A stretch of DNA of 64,000 nt from Candidatus Obscuribacterales bacterium (GTDB lineage Bacteria > Cyanobacteriota > Vampirovibrionia > Obscuribacterales > Obscuribacteraceae), in the NCBI GenBank assembly GCA_965228855.1, contig CBDDIJ010000005.1:1574443-1638442 (forward strand), given 5' to 3'. The notes beneath the pieces were generated by a model. It did not search any database, was not told the origin of the DNA, and saw only the letters and a list, made by a program, of their open reading frames with translations. The position numbers were made by a program, and so were the translations under genes. This document shows positions 1 through 10,370 of the stretch, in pieces. Numbering within the stretch: the stretch's first letter is position 1; every line of letters begins with the position of its first letter.

Positions 1-1989
1 TATATACTCAACGACTTGCTCTGCACCAGGTCGATCCAAGCCGCACTCCGACTGCAGAAACTCTACGGCAGCAGCTATTTGTCCGTTCTCAATATTCTCG
101 TCGACTGTGCGTCGAACATCCGAGACGCACTCAGACAGCTCAATTGTTCGCGCTGGCGCCTCACCCCGCCAGAAGGGGACGTTAGGCGGTGCTCCGTGAG
201 CATCTGCGACCAGAACCCGACCGGAGCTTCCTTCAACGCGTAAAATTTGCCAGGACGTATTGCCCAGAAGGAAGATGTCACCGCGACTTGATTCTATAGC
301 GAAGTCTTCGCCTACAGTACCAAGCATGATCTCTTCAGGCTCCAGCACGACGCTGTAAGCACCTATATCGGGAATGGCACCACCATTGGTGATTGCAAAC
401 ATGCGAGCACCACGTCTCGCTTTGAGAACTCCATTAACCTTATCGTAATGAAGAAACTTTCCGTAGGTTGCGCGACGGCCGGCTATTCCTTCCGAAAGCA
501 TCTCCACTATCGAATCAAAGGACGCGCGAGATAGGTCCCTGTATGGATAAGCGGATCGAACAAGGTCGAACAGTTCATCTTCCTTCCAGTCTTTCGTGGC
601 GCAGGACGCGACAATTTGCTGAGCAAGAACATCTCTCGGGCATGTCGGGATCATGATCCGGTCGAGCTCTCCGTCTCGAATAGCTTTCACCAACGCGGCA
701 CATTCGACGAGTTCATCCCGAGTCGTCGCAAAAAGCCGCCCCTTCGGCACAGCTCCTCGCCAGTGACCCGCGCGACCGATGCGTTGCAAAGCCACAGCAA
801 TGCTGCGCGGCGAGCCTATCTGACAGACCAGATCGATATTGCCGATATCAATCCCCAGTTCCAGAGACGCAGTAGCAACAAGCACTTTGTACTCTCCGGA
901 TTTCAATTTTTGCTCGGCAACCAATCGCAGCTTGCGCGATAAACTGCCGTGATGGGTGCCGACCAGCTCTTCGCCGATGCGCGCAGCTAACTGGTGAGCC
1001 ATACGCTCAGCCATTCTGCGCGTGTTGACAAACACGAGTGTTGAGCGATTTTCCTCGACAAGTTTTACGATCCGATCGTACATCTCGTCCCAGAGTTCGT
1101 TCGATGCGACCGGACCGAGCGGGCTGTTTGGAACCTCAACTGCCAGGTCGAGTTTGCGCTTGCCCGAGACCTGAATAATCTGAGGCATATCCCGTTTGCT
1201 TCCGACCAGAAAACGGGCGACATCCTCAATCGGTTTTTGCGTGGCGGATAGACCGATTCTGACGGGAGGTTGCGAGCACAATGCCTCCAACCGTTCCAAC
1301 GATAACGTCAGATGAGAGCCTCGCTTATCGTCAGCCATAGCGTGAATCTCATCGACAATGACAGTCGTTATGTTCTTCAAGATCTCACGGCTTTTCTCGG
1401 CTGTAAGCAGGATGTACAGGGACTCCGGCGTTGTCACCAATATGTGCGGCGGTCGCTTGAGCATTGTTCTTCGCTCAGCTGCCAGTGTGTCACCAGTTCT
1501 CACAACCGAGCGCACATCAGTCATATCGATGCCCTTCGATTGCGCCAGTTCCAGAATCTCCGCAAGCGGCTGTTCAAGGTTTTTATTAACGTCGTTACTC
1601 AAAGCTTTCAACGGCGAGATGTAGAGAACTTCTGTTTCCGCATCAAGTGTGCCATTCAAAGCCTTGCGCACGAGCATGTCGATGCAGGCAAGAAACGCGC
1701 TCAGCGTTTTGCCAGACCCGGTGGGAGCGGAAATCAGCACACTGCGCCCCTCTACAATATGCGGCCAGCCCAACTGCTGGGGCTCGGTCGGCGTTCCGAA
1801 CTTGTTTGTAAACCACTCTCGCACAAGCGGATGAGCCCAACTCATGGGGTCGTCCGCGGACACGACCCTGCGGATTGGCGTTTTAGACCCGACAACCACG
1901 GCCGCAGTTTCGAGAACGGCCGCAGTTTCGACAGCGACCGCAGTTTCGACAGCGGACGCTTTCGCGGCAGAACTAGCTCGCTTCTTCAC
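1..1989 (-). CDS. lhr: Lhr-family ATP-dependent DEAD/DEAH helicase, 5' part (runs off the left edge; alternative start ATG 1845)
   Basis: Not in the ORF track. Manual minus-strand translation of segments in one frame gives HPLVREWF..PTEPQQLGWP..APTGSGKT (Q motif, motif I), DEIH (II), IGLSATQKP (III), PRDVLAQQIV and TNGGAIPD, all typical of Lhr. Confidence 0.92.
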   Translation of the reverse strand, partial: MKKRASSAAKASAVETAVAVETAAVLETAAVVVGSKTPIRRVVSADDPMSWAHPLVREWFTNKFGTPTEPQQLGWPHIVEGRSVLISAPTGSGKTLSAFLACIDMLVRKALNGTLDAETEVLYISPLKALSNDVNKNLEQPLAEILELAQSKGIDMTDVRSVVRTGDTLAAERRTMLKRPPHILVTTPESLYILLTAEKSREILKNITTVIVDEIHAMADDKRGSHLTLSLERLEALCSQPPVRIGLSATQKPIEDVARFLVGSKRDMPQIIQVSGKRKLDLAVEVPNSPLGPVASNELWDEMYDRIVKLVEENRSTLVFVNTRRMAERMAHQLAARIGEELVGTHHGSLSRKLRLVAEQKLKSGEYKVLVATASLELGIDIGNIDLVCQIGSPRSIAVALQRIGRAGHWRGAVPKGRLFATTRDELVECAALVKAIRDGELDRIMIPTCPRDVLAQQIVASCATKDWKEDELFDLVRSAYPYRDLSRASFDSIVEMLSEGIAGRRATYGKFLHYDKVNGVLKARRGARMFAITNGGAIPDIGAYSVVLEPEEIMLGTVGEDFAIESSRGDIFLLGNTSWQILRVEGSSGRVLVADAHGAPPNVPFWRGEAPARTIELSECVSDVRRTVDENIENGQIAAAVEFLQSECGLDRPGAEQVVEYI
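1901..1954. repeat. 18-bp tandem repeat x3 in the Lhr N-terminal extension
   Basis: gccgcagtttcgagaacg / gccgcagtttcgacagcg / accgcagtttcgacagcg. Confidence 0.85.
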
Positions 1990-2138
1990 CAAGCGGCAAC
2001 CTCGGGCAACTCGTTCTCACAACTCAGATTATAAACGCGATCTGTGCCGAGGGGACGTCTCCGCCCTTGCTTAAATCGAACGTTTTGCCCAAGTTTAAGC
2101 AAACGGACTCAATGCGCAAAAGCCTATGCCGGGATGCG

Positions 2139-4148
2139 CTACTGCGCAGGTGTTTGAACCGTTTCCTTCTCCTTAATTCGAGGGAATTTCTTGTCGTATA
2201 CCTGAGAATTTTCCACAGCCAGCACTCTCTGCTTAAGCTTTTTCGCATCGCCGTCAAAAGTTATGACGCAAAACGCATGAGGCAAATTCAGATTTCCAAT
2301 CAACCAGCGCGCCAGCGCGAGCTTATCTTCGGCACTGCCCTTCACATCGAGCGCAAGCACAAGATATGGGTAGTCTGTGAAATAGTGAACTTCTTTTCTC
2401 ACCACATATGCCGCTTCTATCGCCGGAAGAAGCGGAAATACCTCGTTCATGAAATCGATCCAGCTTTCCGCCAATTCGTGAGGAAGCAGTTCGTCGTATA
2501 CAGTGACACCATTTCGCTCTTTCTCGGCACGCTCACTTTCGTTTTTAAATGCCGACAACTTCGATTCGTACTTATCGGCTTCGGCTTTGCGTCCCCGCTC
2601 TTCCAAGAAATTAGAAATCTTGCTCACGCAATCCGATACGAGCGACATGCGCATCGCCATCGCCTTTTCTAAAAGCACGATGCCCTCTTCGTTTCCATCG
2701 TCGACCATCAGCGACCCAACGGCATAGTTTGCAGCAGGATCGTTAGGGAATCTAGACAAAATCTCTTCGAAGATTGGGCGGCATGCATCAAATCCCTGCA
2801 TCTCGCCGACGTAATATGCTTTCTCCTTCCAATCCTCAATTGTCAATTCCTCCGCTTCGGCCTTCGCATCAAGCTCTAGCAGACGCTCTTTTGCACTTTT
2901 GAAAAACTCGTGCTTGTCCGTCCAGAAACCGGCGATGTTCTCAGTCCATTGCGAACTCAGCTTATCGATACACGTCGGCAACGCTTTTCCTAGAAACACC
3001 TCCGCTGCTGTCTCTCCAGCGGGAATGGGCGATTTCAGTTTCTCTATTAGCTCCGGAGATGAGTGCTCATAGTCGTGCAAACAACTGCCGGCGTCCAATC
3101 GCTCACAAAGCGAAGGATGAGTATCCATACCGGATCCCTTCTCCTTCAAGGCACGTTTCAACCAATCTTCAGCTTTACTGTTTTCGATAGGCAAACCACG
3201 AAGAGATTCGGTGATCCCAGCGAAGACCCGCTCGGTAGGCTTCGGTTGCTCCATGGACTTACGCACAACATCAGCCCAAACCACTTCGTCGAGGTAACGC
3301 CCCTTTAACCGAACAAGCACCAGCGAACTTGCCATGTTGCCTTCACCCGCAATCCGCTGAGCGTCTTTGTCCGCATCCAGTTCGTGAGATCTCGCGAGCG
3401 CCATCGTATAGGCATTGAATCGCGGCGCCAGCCAGCTGAAGAAGACGTAGAAAACAGCAAATGCGACAGGTGATTCATGCCGCATAGTCAGCAGCAATTG
3501 CGACCAACGCGCTCTCAGCCCATAAACCCAGGCGGCTCTCTTGCTGTGGTTTCCCGATAGATGCCCAAGTTCGTGGGCAAGCACCGCGCTAAATTGATTT
3601 GCGTTCAACGCCGCCAGAAGTGGCAACCCCAGAACAAGATAATTCGTATGCAGCCCGAGAAATCCGAGCCTGGGAATCTGCGTGACGAAGGCGTTGAAAT
3701 CGTCGTTGATCATTACGACATCGACAGAAGTATTCAGCTCACTCTTGAATTTATCGATGAGTTGAAACAGCGCCGGCGCCTCGTCCCGCTCAAGTTTAAT
3801 GCCGACGGGTGCCGGCGTTTTTATCCACAAGGCTCGTACCATGCCAAACACGAAAATCCCAAGCACAAGCAGAATCTTGACCAGGCCAATGTTGAAGAAG
3901 TGCCCGTTCCACATAGCTATAGCGATCGCGGCGACGAATGCCACCATGGAACCGACGATAAACGTGATATAGCCATATCCCATCGCAGCCATCATGAGCA
4001 CGCGTCGAAAATATGCTGCCTTATTCTGACGCAGATCTCGGGCAGCCTGCGCCGACATCTCCTCGAATTTCTCGTCGCTTAAAACCAGCCTCGAGCAGAA
4101 TCGCTCGACGCTCTCTGCAAACGGGTTTGAAGAACTGATCGTAGCCAT
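2139..4148 (-). CDS. M48-family (HtpX/Ste24-like) zinc metallopeptidase with helical/TPR-like C-terminal region
   Basis: Two N-terminal TM helices, DDFNAF, AVLAHELGH (HExxH), downstream ELDAD and THPS motifs. Confidence 0.88.
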   Translation of the reverse strand: MATISSSNPFAESVERFCSRLVLSDEKFEEMSAQAARDLRQNKAAYFRRVLMMAAMGYGYITFIVGSMVAFVAAIAIAMWNGHFFNIGLVKILLVLGIFVFGMVRALWIKTPAPVGIKLERDEAPALFQLIDKFKSELNTSVDVVMINDDFNAFVTQIPRLGFLGLHTNYLVLGLPLLAALNANQFSAVLAHELGHLSGNHSKRAAWVYGLRARWSQLLLTMRHESPVAFAVFYVFFSWLAPRFNAYTMALARSHELDADKDAQRIAGEGNMASSLVLVRLKGRYLDEVVWADVVRKSMEQPKPTERVFAGITESLRGLPIENSKAEDWLKRALKEKGSGMDTHPSLCERLDAGSCLHDYEHSSPELIEKLKSPIPAGETAAEVFLGKALPTCIDKLSSQWTENIAGFWTDKHEFFKSAKERLLELDAKAEAEELTIEDWKEKAYYVGEMQGFDACRPIFEEILSRFPNDPAANYAVGSLMVDDGNEEGIVLLEKAMAMRMSLVSDCVSKISNFLEERGRKAEADKYESKLSAFKNESERAEKERNGVTVYDELLPHELAESWIDFMNEVFPLLPAIEAAYVVRKEVHYFTDYPYLVLALDVKGSAEDKLALARWLIGNLNLPHAFCVITFDGDAKKLKQRVLAVENSQVYDKKFPRIKEKETVQTPAQ

Positions 4149-4205
4149 CGACAACCATCCTGAGTCAATTACTTATTCCACAAAATAAAGCTAACACCTA
4201 TCGGT

Positions 4206-5957
4206 TCACGGAGAATTTTCAAGACGTCGCGTCCGTTCAAGAGCCATGCTTCTGTACTCGGCGAGGTCTTCTTTGTTGGCTTCGTCGTTGCCTCTTCCGA
4301 CCTGGTGAAACAGCTCTCGGGCAGTTTCAAAGTCACCTAGAGCAGCGGCGGCGTCACCGGCGGAAATCAGGCAGGCCGCGTTTACAAATTTCAAGTCCGG
4401 AAAACTCTTATGGATGGCAAGAAATTTCATATAGGCTTCGCTCGGATCCCCACCTTTCGACCAGGAACTCAGACATCGCAAAGTGTAATCGTCCATCGGA
4501 TATCGTTCAAGAATTCTGTCACAGCACTCCATCGACTTACGCGGAGACCGGCTTAAGTAGAGATGCCGCAATTCGTTGTTAACGGCTTTATCATACGGAT
4601 TCAAAGTCCTGAAGCTCTCTAGTTTTAATATTTTGGTCTCATCAGAGTCTGTATCTTCAATCCCCGAAACCTTCATAGCTACCCATCCCAGAGGCTTGTT
4701 GCTTTTGAACGCTTCGTTATAGACAGCCAGGACATTTTTATCGGGTGCCAAAAATTTTCTTCTGATTGGATGCGGCTTGCGCTGCGGATCATCAACCACA
4801 GACAGCTTGTCTTCAACTTCATACTTCGAGGCACCCGCGCCTGAAAGATGGCTCAGATCAACCTTTCTGTCAGCAATTCGTTGAAGACGCATCGTCTCGT
4901 CGGTTTGTAGAAGTCTCATCGAAAGGAAAACAGCCGCAAGCCCGACTACGATGACAGCCAACGGAGCGAGTATTTTCAACTTTTCGGGACTGCGAGAAGA
5001 CACCATTTGTGGTGTCACATAAACACCCTGCTTTGGAGAAGGAGAAGTGTCGCTGGACGCCTCCTGAACGTTCTCGTCCTGTCCGCTGGCAAAGTAGCCA
5101 GCGCAGAATATTTCAAGAGCATTCAACAGCTCGTCTATGGTTTGAAACCTATGCTGTGCGTCGGTTTCTAAACTGCGAGCTACGATATCGACCAGCTCCT
5201 CAGGGAAAACAGCCGCGTCCAGCTTCGGCGCCGGCCGAGTAGTTTTCAAAGTGATTGTTTCCATCGCGGTATCACCGACAATCGGCGCCCTGCCTACGAG
5301 AGACTCGAACATCAAACAACCAAGTGAATAAATATCAGTTCGTTGATCTGCAGGCTGACCGAGCGCCTGCTCCGGACTCATATACAGCGGACTTCCCATA
5401 ACGGCCCCGGGTTTCGTCAGTGTTTCACTGCCGGCAGAATGAGTTTTTGCCAGACCGAAATCCAAGATCTTGACGAGCGGCTCGTCTGTGTCCAAGCCTG
5501 ACACAACGATATTGCTGGGCTTGATGTCGCGATGAAAAATGTTGCGACTGTGGGCATGCGAAAGACCGCGCGCTATTTGAATAAACATTGGAAGCGCCTG
5601 CGCAATCCGCAAGCCACGACACTCTCGAATGATCTGATTCAGCGTTTTACCGTGCACGTATTCGAGCACCATATATGGTTTATTCGAGCCGGTGATACCA
5701 AAATCGAGAACAGAAACAATGTTCGGGTGATTGAGGCTGCTTACCAACTGCGCCTCGCGTTGAAATCTAGTTACGAGTTCGGCATCCGCCCCCGCAAATA
5801 CCAGCATCTTGATTGCAACTTCTCTTGCAAGATGCGTATCTGTCACGCGAAAAACAGCTCCCATCCCACCGGAGCCGAGGCAAACCGGATTGGTGAAACG
5901 GACCGGAATTTCCGAAGCTATCGCCGCGATACTATCCGCCCGTTGATCTTCATTCAT
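4206..5957 (-). CDS. Hanks-type Ser/Thr protein kinase with one TM helix and TPR-like C-terminal domain
   Basis: LGSGGMGAV, VAIK, HRDIKPSN, DFG, YMSPEQ, DIYSLG; TM segment LAPLAVIVVGLAAVFL. Confidence 0.95.
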   Translation of the reverse strand: MNEDQRADSIAAIASEIPVRFTNPVCLGSGGMGAVFRVTDTHLAREVAIKMLVFAGADAELVTRFQREAQLVSSLNHPNIVSVLDFGITGSNKPYMVLEYVHGKTLNQIIRECRGLRIAQALPMFIQIARGLSHAHSRNIFHRDIKPSNIVVSGLDTDEPLVKILDFGLAKTHSAGSETLTKPGAVMGSPLYMSPEQALGQPADQRTDIYSLGCLMFESLVGRAPIVGDTAMETITLKTTRPAPKLDAAVFPEELVDIVARSLETDAQHRFQTIDELLNALEIFCAGYFASGQDENVQEASSDTSPSPKQGVYVTPQMVSSRSPEKLKILAPLAVIVVGLAAVFLSMRLLQTDETMRLQRIADRKVDLSHLSGAGASKYEVEDKLSVVDDPQRKPHPIRRKFLAPDKNVLAVYNEAFKSNKPLGWVAMKVSGIEDTDSDETKILKLESFRTLNPYDKAVNNELRHLYLSRSPRKSMECCDRILERYPMDDYTLRCLSSWSKGGDPSEAYMKFLAIHKSFPDLKFVNAACLISAGDAAAALGDFETARELFHQVGRGNDEANKEDLAEYRSMALERTRRLENSP

Positions 5958-6988
5958 TCACAACACCCGTCTTCGCCCGTACACCGCTGGCGATACCAGT
6001 CCGATGCAAGCGCCAGACCACGCGGAAGGTCTACAAGCGGTTTCCAGCCCAGACGGTTCGTCAAGTGTTGCGAGCTGAGGTATTGTTTTTGTATCTCGAA
6101 CTTGGCGGTGTCTTTTATTACCGGCTCCGCAGCCTCGACCCCGGCAGCCTCCTGAACTTTACGAACGATTTCGAGAACGGACATATGCTCACCGCCGCTA
6201 ACGTTGAACGCCTCTCCGCTCTCGATCTCACGGGACATTAATGCACCGCCGATGGTGATAAACGCCTCCGCTGCATCCTCGACATAAAGATAATCGCGCA
6301 CAAGCGTTCCGTCACTGCGAATGACAGGTCGCTCACCAGCGAAACAATGCTTGAACGTCCCGGGCACAATCCGGCTCCAGTTCAAATCGCCCGCACCATA
6401 AAGATTGCCGCAACGCACAATGGCAATCGGCAAGTCGTATGTCGCCGCATAACTCTGCGCAATCAAATCCGCGCAACTCTTCGAAGCATCATACGGATAC
6501 CGCCCTTGCAAGGGCGTAGACTCGAGATAAGGCAAATCATCGTGCGCGCCATACGCCTTATCGCTGGACGCCACCACGACGCCCCGGAGCGCCTTAGAGG
6601 TGCCATGCAACTGACGCGCCACTTCGAGAACATTCGCCGTTCCCATGACGTTCGTCGCGATAGTCTCGAGCGGTTTCTTCATGGCCTCGCCGACCAGAGA
6701 TTGGGCGGCGAGATGAAAGACGAATTGCACTTCGCTCTGTTCGATCGCAGCAGCGAGTTCTTCAATGTTTTCGACGTCCACAAAAACAGGCTCAAGCTTT
6801 TCCGGGTCGATGTCGTGAATGCGAGAATCGAGATCGAAGTGCAAGTCAGCGCCAAGAACCTGAGCACCGGCGACGACCAGGCGCTCGCACAGCCACGGTC
6901 CCAGAAAGCCGCTGCAGCCAGTCACTAATACCTTGATTCCATCAAACATTACAGACCTTGATGTATTGCAAAAATTCTCGGTCGCCAC
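5954..6988 (-). CDS. NAD-dependent epimerase/dehydratase (CDP-glucose 4,6-dehydratase-like extended SDR)
   Basis: VLVTGCSGFLG, FHLAAQ, SSDKAYG, YDASK (YxxxK), RCGNLYG; 4-bp overlap with the kinase start. Confidence 0.9.
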   Translation of the reverse strand: MATENFCNTSRSVMFDGIKVLVTGCSGFLGPWLCERLVVAGAQVLGADLHFDLDSRIHDIDPEKLEPVFVDVENIEELAAAIEQSEVQFVFHLAAQSLVGEAMKKPLETIATNVMGTANVLEVARQLHGTSKALRGVVVASSDKAYGAHDDLPYLESTPLQGRYPYDASKSCADLIAQSYAATYDLPIAIVRCGNLYGAGDLNWSRIVPGTFKHCFAGERPVIRSDGTLVRDYLYVEDAAEAFITIGGALMSREIESGEAFNVSGGEHMSVLEIVRKVQEAAGVEAAEPVIKDTAKFEIQKQYLSSQHLTNRLGWKPLVDLPRGLALASDWYRQRCTGEDGCCE

Positions 6989-7512
6989 TTCAACAAACTA
7001 CAGATTAAAACAGAAAATCACAGCCGTTAAGCGATATTGATTCCACGACTTGTGGAAGAGTAACATCTCGTGAAACCCCGTAAACATCGCCCTCCAAGCG
7101 AAAGCGGAAACATTGCGAACTGAGCAATATTCATGCTAATTGCGCGAGCGCAGTTAGATAAAATCCCCGTCTTCGCGACACAGGATTCTTTACGATGATA
7201 GTTGTTTACAGACTGACAAAACAACCAGCAGCAGTGATAGCGTAGGTGTCAGCCTCTGGACGGAACCAATTGGGCATTGGCACTCCTCCGCTTGCTCGAT
7301 CAGAGTGGGATCATTTCGAGCAACAAGTCCAGAGGCAACCTTTCTATTTTATTCCACTTTGTTCATTACGCATATACAAATGCGTATAAGGTGGACTACA
7401 AAGGCTGAAAAACGGGCGCCGGTGAGGGCAACGAATTTCAGAATTAAGGTTCGGAAGCCGCTTGTCATCCCGATTTTCGACTGCTTTCTGAAATCCAGCT
7501 CACCCTGAATTA

Positions 7513-8805
7513 TCAATTCTGCTGGTGGCTTGCTGTCTCGCGCTCCAGTGCTTCGTTGAAATCTTCGACGGTTTCGACATTGATGGGCGATTCAGGTTCT
7601 GCTCCAAAGACGCCCTCCCAGCGGGCGATCACTGCAGAAGCCAGACAATTCCCAAGCACGTTCACGGAAGTGCGAGCCATATCCATGAGTGTATCAACGC
7701 CCAGTATGAGGGCGATTCCGGCGAGTGGTAAGTTGAACGAAGCGAGCGTTCCAGCGAGAATCACGAGTGATGCGCGCGGCACTGCAGCTACGCCTTTGCT
7801 CGTCAGCATGAGCGTTAAGAGCATCAGAAGCTGTTGTTGAATCGGCATGTCCACTCCCGCCGCTTGAGCTACGAACATCGCGGCGAGCGAGAGATAGAGA
7901 GTCGTTCCATCGAGGTTGAACGTATAGCCTAGCGGTAGAACAAAACTGACGATACTGCGAGGAACGCCAATTTTCTGCATCGCAATAAGCGCTTTGGGCA
8001 GCGCCGCTTCGGAACTGGTCGTAGAAAATGCGATGAGAAACGGCTCACGAACGGCACCGGCAAATTTCTTCAGCGGAATACGGGCGAACATCGCGATCGG
8101 AAGGAGCACAGCACAGATGAATATCACCAGCGCGAGATAGAGCGTCCCCACGAGCTTTCCGAGCGACATGAGCACCGTGAGACCGTGCTCGGCAACTGTC
8201 GCGGCCATGGCACAGGCAACCCCCAGTGGCGCGATTTTCATCACGTATTCGGTGTACTTGAACATCACATCTGCCAGCGATTTAGCAAACTCAACCACCG
8301 GATCAGCTTTCACAGCAGCAGCAGCCACGGCAAATATCAGTGTGAACACGACGATCTGGAGAACATCGCCGCGAGCCATCGAGTCGACTACGCTGGTCGG
8401 AAAGATGTGTGTGATGAGCTCGGTGCTCTGGGGCTGTTTCTGCAAGAAGGCTTCGCCGGTGGAGGCGGCTGTAGCCGCGAGGTTGACACCGGCTCCCGGC
8501 TTCGCAATATTGACGACCAACAATCCGATACCCAGGGCGAACGTGGTAACCACTTCAAAATAGACGAGTGATTTGAACCCCAGACGACCAACGTGATGAG
8601 CACTGCCACTGCCTGCGATACCAACCACGAGTGTCGCAAAAATCAAGGGAGCGATAATGGTTTTGATCAAATGCAGAAAAATCGTGGCGCCAGCGCCGAA
8701 CCATTTGGCGGGCTCTGGATTGACCGCGACAGGACAGAGGTAACCGATCAAGATGCCCAGCACTAGACCGATGAATATTTGAACTGTCAGGCTCGGCATT
8801 TTCAT
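7513..8805 (-). CDS. Dicarboxylate/amino acid:cation symporter (GltP/DctA family)
   Basis: FSTTSSEAALP, VLPLGYTFNLDGTTLY, SKGVAAVPRAS, MDMARTSVNVLGN; start set at ATG 8805. Confidence 0.93.
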   Translation of the reverse strand: MKMPSLTVQIFIGLVLGILIGYLCPVAVNPEPAKWFGAGATIFLHLIKTIIAPLIFATLVVGIAGSGSAHHVGRLGFKSLVYFEVVTTFALGIGLLVVNIAKPGAGVNLAATAASTGEAFLQKQPQSTELITHIFPTSVVDSMARGDVLQIVVFTLIFAVAAAAVKADPVVEFAKSLADVMFKYTEYVMKIAPLGVACAMAATVAEHGLTVLMSLGKLVGTLYLALVIFICAVLLPIAMFARIPLKKFAGAVREPFLIAFSTTSSEAALPKALIAMQKIGVPRSIVSFVLPLGYTFNLDGTTLYLSLAAMFVAQAAGVDMPIQQQLLMLLTLMLTSKGVAAVPRASLVILAGTLASFNLPLAGIALILGVDTLMDMARTSVNVLGNCLASAVIARWEGVFGAEPESPINVETVEDFNEALERETASHQQN

Positions 8806-8812
8806 GATGGTT

Positions 8813-10168
8813 TTATTGCCCTTCCTCGACGACGGCACCTTCCGTGGTGCTCACCGCTCGATCGTTGCCGGAATCTTTTCCAGTCTTAGGATTTGCAGAG
8901 GCTGAATCGCTCGAACTTTTGGGATCTTTGATGCTTACCTCGGCAGAGTCGCTCGAATTCGTTGTTTCTTTGATGCTCACGGTCGCCGAGCTGCCGTCCT
9001 TTGCATCGTCGGTATCGCTGGCGGGAGGCTTACTTCCGGAGACCGGTGCAGCATCCGCAGGTTTGTTGAGAGCGACGCCGTATGCTTGAAGGGTTTCTCT
9101 GATCTTGGGAAGAAGCGCTTTTGCGGCTTCCTCGCCTGCCTTCACGCCCTTGCGCGCATCCTTCTTGCTTCGCGAAATCAAACTGATACCAGCCGTATCA
9201 GGATGGATAGTGACATCTGCGATTTCAGCCTGCGCTTTGTCCATCGAGTACAGATCCCAGTCCAGCATCCACTGCGCTACTGAACCCACTTTGCGAAACG
9301 CATTCTTGTCGTGGTCCGAAAACGGATGGTCGATATTTACAGCGATTACTATATCAGCGCCCATCTCGCGAGCCTGTTTAACTGGCAGGTTACAAATTAC
9401 GCCGCCGTCAACGAACAGTTTATCGCCGATTTCGACTGGCTTACGAAGACTAGGCACAGCAGTGCTGGCCTGCATTGCGTAACCAAGATTTCCCCGCTGA
9501 ATCATGTACGGTTTGCCGTCTAACAGGTTGAGCGAAACAGCTGAAAACGGCACGTTCAGCTTCTCTATATCAATCTGATGTACCGTGATGTCCTTTTTCA
9601 CGTAGTTGCGAAATTTATTGCCTTTATACAAACCATCGTAGGCTTTCGAGCCCAGAAGGCGCGGGACAAACATAACCGGCGCTACCGCGATGCGGACCGT
9701 GAGTGGTACGGTCATGAAGTTGCGCATCAATTTCCCCGACTCAAAAGCATCTTCCATTTGATCGAGCGAGACTCCGGCGGCGTAAAGCCCACCGACCACA
9801 GAGCCAATGCTTGTTCCTGTGATGATATCGAATTTGATACCCTCTTTCTCGAGCACTTTCAGAACTCCGACATGAGCAGCGCCTCGAGCGCCGCCGCCAC
9901 CGAGAGCCAGCCCAATCTTGAGCTTATCGCCGGTGGGACGCTCACGCTTTTTGAATGCGTAAATGTCGTAACTGTCAGCCGGCGAGGTTGGAACCAAACC
10001 TGCAGATGACTGCCCCGTATGAGTTGCGTTAATTTTCAATTCTTCAGCGGCATCGCCTCGGATGATAGTTTCGGCAGCCAGCACCACATCGGCGAAGCAT
10101 GTGCCGGCAGCTATTGCCAAAGTTCCAGCTACCAGCAAGCCTTTTTTCGTAGGCGAAATTGCGCGCAT
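8813..10168 (-). CDS. Patatin-like phospholipase, exported, with Ser/Asp-rich repetitive tail
   Basis: Signal peptide-like N-terminus, GGGGARG, GTSIG (GxSxG), DGG. Confidence 0.92.
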   Translation of the reverse strand: MRAISPTKKGLLVAGTLAIAAGTCFADVVLAAETIIRGDAAEELKINATHTGQSSAGLVPTSPADSYDIYAFKKRERPTGDKLKIGLALGGGGARGAAHVGVLKVLEKEGIKFDIITGTSIGSVVGGLYAAGVSLDQMEDAFESGKLMRNFMTVPLTVRIAVAPVMFVPRLLGSKAYDGLYKGNKFRNYVKKDITVHQIDIEKLNVPFSAVSLNLLDGKPYMIQRGNLGYAMQASTAVPSLRKPVEIGDKLFVDGGVICNLPVKQAREMGADIVIAVNIDHPFSDHDKNAFRKVGSVAQWMLDWDLYSMDKAQAEIADVTIHPDTAGISLISRSKKDARKGVKAGEEAAKALLPKIRETLQAYGVALNKPADAAPVSGSKPPASDTDDAKDGSSATVSIKETTNSSDSAEVSIKDPKSSSDSASANPKTGKDSGNDRAVSTTEGAVVEEGQ

Positions 10169-10370
10169 TTACTAAGTCCCCCTTGGACCGCGGACCGATT
10201 AACCGATCGTGATCCTATCCAACATTCATACATAGATACCTTAACAACTGCTGATGATTCAATCGACCGCTCCATCGGATTGATTGGAATACAACTTGTC
10301 AAGGCAGTAAAATTCGCTCGTTTAGCGGATAATCACGGTCGTCGGAAACAAACACAACTATCGAATTTCT

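Noticed and set aside
616..2034. Plus-strand ORFs of 108 and 240 aa
   Set aside because: Antisense shadows of the Lhr gene on the - strand.
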